Virus record (IMG/VR): IMGVR_UViG_3300036820_000006
Span: 1 to 64,000 of that record
Length of the DNA stretch: 64,000 bases
Source: a virus
Reading direction: 5' to 3' (one strand)
Part shown: in pieces, positions 47,694 to 55,443 of the stretch
Layout: each line of letters opens with the position of its first letter
How positions within the stretch are numbered: position 1 is the stretch's first letter
Translations under genes and position numbers: made by a program
Notes under the pieces: model-generated
The model's input: only the letters and a program-made list of their open reading frames with translations
Told to the model about the DNA's origin: nothing
The model's database searches: none

Positions 47694-48053
47694 TCACCTT
47701 CTTTCCCGATGAGACTTTCTGGCGTTCAAGTGTTGCGCGCAGAAATCGCGACGGGATGCGAAGATGAACGAATCCGTCCTTGAAAGAGTTGTGACCCACC
47801 TCGGTCGGCAGTCCATGCGTGCGCACAACACCTTCATGCCGAGCCTGCCCGCTGCCAGCGTGAGCGCGTTCTTGATGCTCATGGGCGGAATGAAAACTTC
47901 CTTGGTCTGAGGATCATAATGCAAATGCTCACGCCATGTGCGCTTGCGATAAGCATCGTAAGATTCTTGGTCTTCCTTTTCGGTTTCGTGGTAACGAGAC
48001 TGCGAATAAGGTGATACTCCTTCAAGCTCGACGGTTGCGATGCGAACGGACAT
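47694..48053 (-). pseudogene. RAMP/Cas7-like protein, truncated after about 75 codons
   Basis: VELEGVSPYSQSR and VFIPPMSIKNAL match RAMP beta1 and helix motifs; no C-terminal Gly-rich loop; sequence after LGMKV (~47828) reads better in another frame. Confidence 0.6.
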
Positions 48054-48090
48054 TGAAATTCTCCCTTGGATTTGAGTTTGAGTTATGAAA

Positions 48091-48270
48091 ACGTTACGTT
48101 ACATTACATCAAGCAGCGCGAAGTTGAGACACGATGCAGCACGCAGCAGAACGTTACAGGACGCAACGTAGCGCTGCACTGTGATGCCCCATGACGCGTT
48201 GCGAAACGACGCCCAACAGCACAGAATGCTGCGACATGCGGCGTTACGTAGCGACACGGAACGTTACGCA
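48091..48270 (-). ncRNA. 5-nt-period CGY-NN array 1 (36 units), putative guide RNA
   Basis: On + strand 19/36 units start RCG and the other 17 differ at one position; register unbroken. Confidence 0.8.
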
Positions 48271-48284
48271 ATCTCTAGCAAGCT

Positions 48285-48791
48285 TTACTCTTGAATGGCC
48301 TTGGACCCGAAAAGTTTCAGTGTCTCATCCATCGGCAGTGGACGAGTACGATTGCCAACCGCATCAGCGATCACCTTCTGCGTGCGCTCAGTAGCGCCCT
48401 TCTGGATGAACTGCAGAATCGTCAGCGAGGTATTGTGTTGCAGCTTTGACTGTGCGCTGAGCGAGTCGTAATCGACTGCCTGCAACCGGCGCGATGCACG
48501 CTTGGCTGCCTTGCTGAGCTTGCGCAAGTCCGCAGTGCTTAGACTGGGAACTTCTTCATTGGGCACTAGCCGTACGCCTCGGCCCCAGTCCACCACAAAC
48601 ACCATGCCTTGTTCACTGAGCAGCTTATTAGTTGATGTGGTAAGGACGTTGCGTCGATGCCGCACATCACACCCACACAGGGCGTTCAGCTCGGTATACG
48701 TTACGGTCTCTCCCGGTTTGGCCTCGGCAAGCCGACGCAGAGCGATAGTAGTCTCAACCGCGAGATTACCCTTGATTGGAATATACGGCAT
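48285..48791 (-). CDS. winged-helix-like protein between arrays
   Basis: AAGGGAG RBS; PGETVTYTELNALCG...GRGVRL. Confidence 0.7.
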   Translation of the reverse strand: MPYIPIKGNLAVETTIALRRLAEAKPGETVTYTELNALCGCDVRHRRNVLTTSTNKLLSEQGMVFVVDWGRGVRLVPNEEVPSLSTADLRKLSKAAKRASRRLQAVDYDSLSAQSKLQHNTSLTILQFIQKGATERTQKVIADAVGNRTRPLPMDETLKLFGSKAIQE

Positions 48792-48821
48792 TCAGAATCT
48801 CCCTTTCTGATGATGCCAGTA

Positions 48822-48921
48822 ACAGTTCGGTACGGTACGTCACGTGACATGAAGGTGCGTTACGGGACATCACCTCACGGGACGGGACGATGCGGCGCGT
48901 AACAAAAAGATATGCAACATT
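48822..48921 (-). ncRNA. 5-nt-period CGY-NN array 2 (20 units)
   Basis: 10/20 RCG, rest one mismatch; begins just downstream of a - strand promoter. Confidence 0.75.
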
Positions 48922-48934
48922 CACGCCATCTACC

Positions 48935-48964
48935 GTTATACACATATAGCCACGAATCTGTCAA
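48935..48964 (-). promoter_or_regulatory. promoter TTGACA-N18-TATAAC
   Basis: TGTCAA 48959-48964 and GTTATA 48935-48940 on +; 9-bp inverted repeat overlaps it. Confidence 0.75.
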
Positions 48965-48991
48965 CATATATGTGTGTACCAAATCGATGCT

Positions 48992-51900
48992 CTAAAATTT
49001 GACCTCCTGCAGCTCCGCCATGTTCGGCCCGCAGGCACATTCAATGCCCACTACCAGACCCTCTGGAGCGAGCTGTGGATGCACCAGCACATTACTCGGC
49101 CTACCGAACACGTCGCTGATATCATGCAACATCTGCGCACGCAAGCCTACTGGATAACAGAGCAGAATGCTGTCGTGAATCGTGTTGCACAGGCCGTAGC
49201 GCTCAGCCAACCCTTCACGATCTAGCGCTTTCAACCGCTCACGCAGGTCGCCGTGCGCCTCGCTCTGCACTCTGAATGCCATGGCGGCGTTGAACTGCTC
49301 GCCAGGTTTCCAGCTGCCTTTACCATCGGGCACGTAGACCTCGTAAAACCATCGCAACATTCCGTAGCGGTTCTTTAGCATGCCCTGCCGGTGCGCCTCT
49401 TCGCACACGTTGCGCTGCCATACGAACACCTTTGGGAACAGACGCTCAATAACAGTGCGGAACTCTCTAGCCTGCTTCAATGAGGCGAAATGTTCACGGT
49501 TCATTTCGTAAAGATGTGGCGGCATCAACCCCAACGCAATGCCAAGAATACTCGGCTTGGCCTGCCGGTCACGCACGGCTTTATAACGCTCATTGGACCT
49601 GAACCAGCGAAAGCGATCCATCAGCTCGTCGTCAGGTAGCGCGAACAGCTTATCCGCATCCGGCAGGCGCAGAAAGTTCCACGCCACAAAGCTGTGCATG
49701 TCCAGCCGTGCCATACGGCAGTTATGTGACAAGAATCCCTCCGCGATAAATGTTTTAGTACTCGTACCTAGTGCCACGACAGGATGATTTCCTATAGACT
49801 CAATTTTCAAAATCTTGGCGTCATGCGCAAGTTTTCCAAACACGTTCATGCCTTCTAGCCTAGACAAGCACTTAGGTAATAATCGCTTTGGTCTAAATTG
49901 CCCCAGCGCACGTATACCCGCGAATGGCTGCCCCACAAACCTAAATGTACGGCAATCTCGTTGGGGATTGTTAGCACTGTCCCCAAGGCTATAACCATAT
50001 TTAGCTAACATACTTGCTACCGAGTCCGCGATAATCCCAGGTCTCTGTGCGAAACTTAGCTGGCACCCATTACTAAGGGACCCCTCCCCATCCAAAATTC
50101 CGGCAATATATCCTTGATCCCATAGATCAGCACTCTTCCATGGCGGGGTAAACGTGCTCAAGTACATACCCGTAGCTAATTCATCAGCCCTGCGCCAGCT
50201 TACTCGTTGCTTAGTATCAAACTTAGCTAGCCATGTGTGTTCTATGCTGCATGTAACAACGCCTTGGTCAGTGGTAATGCGCACACACGGACGTTCAATA
50301 TAATCCACGGACTCAATTACGGATTTACGTAGCTTGCGTTTGCCCTCTATCGGAAACTCATCGAATCCCCAAAGTACCTCTCCCTCTCGCAGGTCTATGG
50401 CACGTCTCCATTGCAGGTCGGCCGTCAGAATACGAGTATCTGGGGCCACACAATAAGACTCATCTTCAGCTAAGAACCCTGTAATAAGGACATGATAACT
50501 TTTCAAATCCCAGTTCGCCAGCTCATACCCCGCTGGCGCTTCGATCATACTTTTTATAGCCTTACCCAACTTACCGTGGGCAGGGTAAGTTTGCGTAGAT
50601 GGATTGCGCGCACTTAGCTGTCCAGTCGCGGGCGCGAAGGTAAAAGTGGTGTGTACTCGGCCGTCGGCGTGCGGTTTGAACCCGTCAACATAAGTGCTCG
50701 ACATCTTTCCCATCTCACGGCATTCAATCACCTTCGTATAAAAGTCATCCTTGTGCCTAACTGCGAGACGTTCTAGCTCTTTTTTGTTGGTGGTGTCACT
50801 GCCTTTCTTGCGATCTTTGGGAATCTTATGCCCACGCACCCGCATATAATTCATCAGTTGCGGCGATGAGTTTGGTGAGAATTCATACACACGGCACCAG
50901 CGTGCAACCCCGGCAGTCTGTGTGCCAAGCTGCTCATCAAATACCTGCTGGCCAAACTGGCGCACATCAAAATAGAAGCGCTCACCCGGTTCCTCGACGC
51001 CATCTTCATCCGTGGTCGGCGGGTCCTCGAACATGCGCGCGCGGATCACCGCTATCTCGTCGGCAGTTACATTGCTATAACGATTAAGGTAAGCATTCTT
51101 GGCGGACTCGGTTAGCGCTTTCTTTGTCTGCTTGCCTTCCACCACCGGAATCCGAGTCGGCGTGATCTCTTCTAGCAGCTCTTTGACGCGAGGGGGCACT
51201 CCGGCATAACCATCCTTCGGCGTGATCTTTCTGGCGTCGGCGGGGAACCTGGCATCCAGCTCTAGCAGCAGCTCCGCACGCGTAGCATCAAACTGCGCGC
51301 CTAGCGCCAGCCTACGCTCATTATTAATCGGCAGGCCCCGCTGCTCCATTTTGGCTAGAATTGGCCGCACTGCTTCGACTTGGTTCTCATAGCCGACAGC
51401 GGCGCGCGCAGGCTGCGGGTCATACCATATCCCGCGATCTACCATAGTGCGGTACGAGACTGAATGAATACGCTGTGTCGCGTCCACGTCTACGCAGCCG
51501 TAGAACTCCAGATTGGTGCCGTTCAAATGCTTCCAGGGGAACGGGAACTGCGCATAGCTAGCAGCGAACTGCAGATGCGCGGGCAAATCCGGCTGCATAA
51601 AGTGGAACTGTTGTAAGGTATCGTGTACCGGCCCGGCAAGTTCGAGATAGGTGGCATTGCCGAAATCGCGCTGGCCGACCGCGCGCAGAACTTTCAAATC
51701 GAATAAATTGTAATTATGCCCCAGCTTCGGCAGCGGCAGTTTCAGCAGCCATCTTGTCGCTTGAATAAAAGGCTGCTTCCACGGCATCGCAATAGCTTGG
51801 CCTGGCGCGACGCTGAACTGACTTAGCCTAATCTGCGTATCGGTGAATCCATCCGTTGCGTCTTCATCTAGCGATGCCGATTCAAAAGTTTCGATATCGT

Positions 51901-52693
51901 GTGCCAGCGCGGTTAGTACGTGCTCAGCGGTACCGGGAATGCTGGCCAGCCACGCATCTGAACGCGCTTTTACATCGCGGCAGAAATCGTCCAACTGAAT
52001 AAGTGTTGGATGCAAGGTGTAATTTAGGTGGTTCTGTTGCAGCCACGCTGCTACTGCTTCAGCATCGTTATCCTGCAGCATGTCCAGAATAAAACTTTTA
52101 TCTTTACCGTAACGCACGTTGACCGCGCGTTGAATATCTCGCGCCAGCACGCCGGTGAGATGAATCGCGCCTCGGCGCAGGAAACTAGGATGATATGTAG
52201 GCACCACCAGAAGTTCGCAGCCTGCTGCTTCGCAGAACTCTGGCAGCGCGCGAAACACATAACCGCGCATATGGCTAATAGTGCGCTTTTCGCCCGAGAT
52301 GCCCGTCAAAGTGCGGAACGGAATGCCGCCAAGCGCCACTACAGTGCGCGGCTTGAACTTGCGAAAGAATTCCAATAGATTAGGCTGGCACTGATTGATG
52401 ACGGAGAACTCATAGTTAGTTCCAGCTAGCGCGTTCCCAAATGGTCTGCAGCGCAACGTATTCGAGATTGCGAACTGGTCGCGGGAGAATCCCAGCCGAC
52501 GCAGCGTGCGCTCTAAGACAGCTCCAGCTGGTGCGTATTTGACAAAAGGAGTTAGTTCACGCGCCTCGTTTTCTCCGCTGGCCTCGCCAATGAGAGCAAC
52601 GCCTAAGCTGCAGCTTCCTTCTGGCTGGGAGAAGTCAGTGCCAGCATTGTATAGATAGCAATTTCTACAGCTATCTGGCTTACTCCTGACCAC
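48992..52693 (-). CDS. family A DNA polymerase with N-terminal family-4 UDG-like domain and intein
   Basis: UDG: IGEASGENE, NTLRCRP, TYHPS; exo: HDIET, GHN..FDL, YGCVD; pol: ATGQLSARNP, DLKSYH, AKPSILG, IHDS. Confidence 0.9.
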   Translation of the reverse strand: MVRSKPDSCRNCYLYNAGTDFSQPEGSCSLGVALIGEASGENEARELTPFVKYAPAGAVLERTLRRLGFSRDQFAISNTLRCRPFGNALAGTNYEFSVINQCQPNLLEFFRKFKPRTVVALGGIPFRTLTGISGEKRTISHMRGYVFRALPEFCEAAGCELLVVPTYHPSFLRRGAIHLTGVLARDIQRAVNVRYGKDKSFILDMLQDNDAEAVAAWLQQNHLNYTLHPTLIQLDDFCRDVKARSDAWLASIPGTAEHVLTALAHDIETFESASLDEDATDGFTDTQIRLSQFSVAPGQAIAMPWKQPFIQATRWLLKLPLPKLGHNYNLFDLKVLRAVGQRDFGNATYLELAGPVHDTLQQFHFMQPDLPAHLQFAASYAQFPFPWKHLNGTNLEFYGCVDVDATQRIHSVSYRTMVDRGIWYDPQPARAAVGYENQVEAVRPILAKMEQRGLPINNERRLALGAQFDATRAELLLELDARFPADARKITPKDGYAGVPPRVKELLEEITPTRIPVVEGKQTKKALTESAKNAYLNRYSNVTADEIAVIRARMFEDPPTTDEDGVEEPGERFYFDVRQFGQQVFDEQLGTQTAGVARWCRVYEFSPNSSPQLMNYMRVRGHKIPKDRKKGSDTTNKKELERLAVRHKDDFYTKVIECREMGKMSSTYVDGFKPHADGRVHTTFTFAPATGQLSARNPSTQTYPAHGKLGKAIKSMIEAPAGYELANWDLKSYHVLITGFLAEDESYCVAPDTRILTADLQWRRAIDLREGEVLWGFDEFPIEGKRKLRKSVIESVDYIERPCVRITTDQGVVTCSIEHTWLAKFDTKQRVSWRRADELATGMYLSTFTPPWKSADLWDQGYIAGILDGEGSLSNGCQLSFAQRPGIIADSVASMLAKYGYSLGDSANNPQRDCRTFRFVGQPFAGIRALGQFRPKRLLPKCLSRLEGMNVFGKLAHDAKILKIESIGNHPVVALGTSTKTFIAEGFLSHNCRMARLDMHSFVAWNFLRLPDADKLFALPDDELMDRFRWFRSNERYKAVRDRQAKPSILGIALGLMPPHLYEMNREHFASLKQAREFRTVIERLFPKVFVWQRNVCEEAHRQGMLKNRYGMLRWFYEVYVPDGKGSWKPGEQFNAAMAFRVQSEAHGDLRERLKALDREGLAERYGLCNTIHDSILLCYPVGLRAQMLHDISDVFGRPSNVLVHPQLAPEGLVVGIECACGPNMAELQEVKF
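49721..50452 (-). mobile_element. intein (244 aa) with LAGLIDADG motif
   Basis: CVAPDTRIL...FIAEGFLSHN|C; YIAGILDGEG; lower GC. Confidence 0.9.
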
Positions 52694-52874
52694 TCTTCTG
52701 CTCCTCTCGCTGCTTCCTGCGCAGCTTCTTCCACTGGCGTGCCGTCATGCCTGCAGGCTTCTTTGGTTGCGCGCGTGTGACCGGCAAGAAGCGCCCTGGA
52801 TGCAGAGGATCAGGACGGTTGTAGAGAGTCCGTATGCGAGTTGGTTCAAGTTGATCTTTCTTCTCTATAGCCAC
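52680..52874 (-). CDS. small basic protein
   Basis: Overlaps both neighbours; MTARQWKKLRRK. Confidence 0.55.
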   Translation of the reverse strand: MAIEKKDQLEPTRIRTLYNRPDPLHPGRFLPVTRAQPKKPAGMTARQWKKLRRKQREEQKSGQE

Positions 52875-54313
52875 GGCAGCACTCTGGGATCGATCTTACA
52901 TTTGCGAGCCAGAGTATCCTTATCGCCTACCAAGCGCAACCCTTGCAGTGTTCTGCACCGCGATAGCGAGACATAGAGCATGGCTGGAGAGCCGAACATC
53001 CAACTACGAAAGTCAATCTGGCACCGGTCGAGCGATAAGCCTTGGATTTTATGCACAGTGCTCGCATACGCCAACCGGATAGGATAATACTCGATCTGCC
53101 CGATCACGTACCTCCTGACGCGGCCGCGATAGTGAACCTTCGCGATATAGCGACCGTCATCTGACTCTTTGGCTATGCTCTGCTCCACTGTTTCGTTCGG
53201 GCGCTCGCCTAGCTCCACACCGCGCACAATCGTCGGCACGTATACGATCTGCTTATTGCGTACCAGTTCAATCGCAATTACCCACTTGTTATCGCTGCCG
53301 ACTTGTTCAATCCCGAGTACATGCCCGCAATCACCATTCGCATACTCCAGCACGCCTGGTGAGCTATAGTTATTCGCTAGCAGCATCACATAAGCACCTT
53401 CACGCAGCACAGTCTGGTCGGGAATGTTCTTCCATTCAGAACGCTGCTTGCCCCAGCGGCGCGATGGCAGCAGCATCTTACGACCGCGAATGCGATCCAA
53501 CGCTAGCTGATTAGCGCGATCTACTTCGGCGTTCTGGCTGAGGATAGTAGTGCCATCAAAATCGCGATCAGTCATGTTGAAGAATTCAACCGAGGATGCA
53601 AGCAGGCTAGCGCATTCAGACCCGTTGCCTCGCCGCGCATGGTTGAGCGCCGACAGGAACTCAGCATCGCCTTGCCGCCACACTTTTGTGAGCCGGGTAA
53701 TGTTGTTGCCGAATCTGAGCCAACTACGCGCGTCGAAAGCCCATGGAGTTTTGGCTCGTGCTACTTTGCGCCCGCTAGAACTGCGTTCTGGAATGCTGGG
53801 GAGCTGGCAGAAATCACCACAGAGCACTAATCCTAAGGGTTCTTCCCCATCCTTAGTGTTCTGGTTCACATCATCGAACACATGCACAATCACATCTAGT
53901 TGTTCACAGGAAATCATGCTGATTTCGTCAATCACCACGTTACGGTAACCTTCGCGGCGCAGACTATGAAGCTTGTACTGCGCTGAACGTTTGAGGTAAG
54001 CATCGCGCAGTGAATCGGTATCGAAGTAGCCGAGCAGTGAGTGGATCGTGGTGGTGTTGAGGTTGACCGCCGAGATGCCGGTGCTCGCGCTCAGCACGGC
54101 ATAGCAAGGGTCCTCGGCGATGCGCTGCTTCAGCGTGAACGTCTTGCCAGTGCCCGCTGAACCGCAGAGGAACGAGCAAGGAGTTTCTAGTGAGCGCTGG
54201 GGCAACGGCTCCAACGCGGATTCACTTTCCTCGTCTATATATACAGGCTCGTCGGCCAGGGGCTCGTCGCCCAGCTCATCTAGCGCATCCAGCTCATCAT
54301 CGTAAACACTCAT
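52865..54313 (-). CDS. PIF1-family (SF1B) DNA helicase
   Basis: GSAGTGKT, IDEISM, GDFCQLP, LAYASTVHKIQGLSL, YVSLSR. Confidence 0.9.
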   Translation of the reverse strand: MSVYDDELDALDELGDEPLADEPVYIDEESESALEPLPQRSLETPCSFLCGSAGTGKTFTLKQRIAEDPCYAVLSASTGISAVNLNTTTIHSLLGYFDTDSLRDAYLKRSAQYKLHSLRREGYRNVVIDEISMISCEQLDVIVHVFDDVNQNTKDGEEPLGLVLCGDFCQLPSIPERSSSGRKVARAKTPWAFDARSWLRFGNNITRLTKVWRQGDAEFLSALNHARRGNGSECASLLASSVEFFNMTDRDFDGTTILSQNAEVDRANQLALDRIRGRKMLLPSRRWGKQRSEWKNIPDQTVLREGAYVMLLANNYSSPGVLEYANGDCGHVLGIEQVGSDNKWVIAIELVRNKQIVYVPTIVRGVELGERPNETVEQSIAKESDDGRYIAKVHYRGRVRRYVIGQIEYYPIRLAYASTVHKIQGLSLDRCQIDFRSWMFGSPAMLYVSLSRCRTLQGLRLVGDKDTLARKCKIDPRVLPWL

Positions 54314-54579
54314 GGGAAACTCGTTTCATCATCTATAGGCAGGCTGGGTTCAACCGCTACCGCTGCTACCTGTTCAAACATCTCCAGCGCACGCTCATCC
54401 GCTGCATCGCTCAGCATCTGAGCAGAGGTCTGTGGGCGTAGATTCTCGCTGGCGAAGAACTCTTCCCACTGAGCACGCTCACGCACATCCAACTGTTTGA
54501 GGAACCAAGCTTGCTTAGCGCTGACTGCATTATGCTCTGCTGTGCCTAAAATTTGAAGATTATCTGGGTGGGGGTTCAA
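54310..54579 (-). CDS. hypothetical protein
   Basis: ATGA overlap with helicase. Confidence 0.5.
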   Translation of the reverse strand: MNPHPDNLQILGTAEHNAVSAKQAWFLKQLDVRERAQWEEFFASENLRPQTSAQMLSDAADERALEMFEQVAAVAVEPSLPIDDETSFP

Positions 54580-54839
54580 GCGGTTGCGGTCTAAGTGGTG
54601 GATTACAACATCGTGTTCGAGTGCCCGTGGACCGAACTTAGCTAAATGCCACTAGCCGGTGAACGCGCATGCCGCGTAGAGGACCCGCACTCAGAACCAA
54701 GTACCCTTTTGAATCAATGGTAGTGCCGTCTCCCAGCTCGAACTTGCCTTTGCTGCCGCGTTCTTGGGGCATTACGTTTGAGCGCCCTTCAGAGAGTTAG
54801 AAGCCCCGGCAGAGTATCCGACTGCCGGGGCCATTTATG

Positions 54840-54918
54840 TGCGAACCGAGGGGATCGAACCCTCGACATCACGATTACAATTCGTGCGCTCTATCCACTG
54901 AGCTAGGTTCAAGTTCGC
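54840..54918 (-). tRNA. tRNA-Thr(TGT)-like, 6-nt duplication in 5' acceptor strand, no encoded CCA
   Basis: TAGCTCAGTGGATAGAGC D arm; CACGA-ATTGTAA-TCGTG; GAGGGTTCGATCCCCTC T arm. Confidence 0.65.
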
Positions 54919-54949
54919 GGTTGTCAGTGCTCCACAGCACCGAACATAG

Positions 54950-55092
54950 TTGGCTCTGTCTAATCACGCTGCTCTACCACTGAGCTACTCCCCCTCAGGG
55001 CAGCGAACGTATCTTTGAGTGAGGTCAGAGATCGCATTCGCTGCTTGGAGGGGAAGAAGGGATTCGAACCCCCGACCACGCTTTTTGGGCCT
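54950..55092 (-). ncRNA. permuted tRNA-like RNA (YrlA/Y RNA-like)
   Basis: Order is T arm, 3' acceptor + CCA, hairpin, 5' acceptor, D arm; acceptor strands pair 7/7. Confidence 0.6.
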
Positions 55093-55314
55093 TCTACTCT
55101 GTGCTGCTTCTGCTGCCGCATCAGTCTCTTGGGTGATAGCCTTAGTCTGCGCTCGCGGTACATGGCCGAGAGACTTCCTTTAGCTTGATCCCTGAGTCTG
55201 AGCCTTGAGTTACCCCTCGCGGGGTCACCCAAACTTGGGAAATGCTGGCGGGACAGATTTACGACCTTGCCTCTTACCTCTCGGAACGGTCATGCGAGCG
55301 GCCAGCATCGAATT

Positions 55315-55390
55315 TGGTTGCGGGGGCTGGACTTGAACCAGCGACCTTGTGGTTATGAGCCACCTGTTCTACCAACTGAACTACCCCGCC
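55315..55390 (-). tRNA. tRNA-Met(CAT), initiator-like
   Basis: 76 nt cloverleaf, CTCATAA loop, unpaired G1:A72, encoded CCA. Confidence 0.9.
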
Positions 55391-55443
55391 TTGGTGGACC
55401 GGTTTGGCTCCCGCCGCCCCAGCCCGAAAACTTTAGCGCTATC

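Noticed and set aside
48191-48394. + strand ORFs over the arrays (also 48657-48902 and 56996-57241)
   Set aside because: R/T/C-rich translations are by-products of the pentamer pattern, lack RBSs and oppose the local transcription direction
48091-48921. CRISPR array
   Set aside because: No 23-50 bp direct repeats with spacers and no cas1/cas2; the structure is a 3+2 nt period
54950-55092. Two-piece permuted tmRNA
   Set aside because: No G3-U70 pair, discriminator is U, a full D arm is present and no tag ORF is evident
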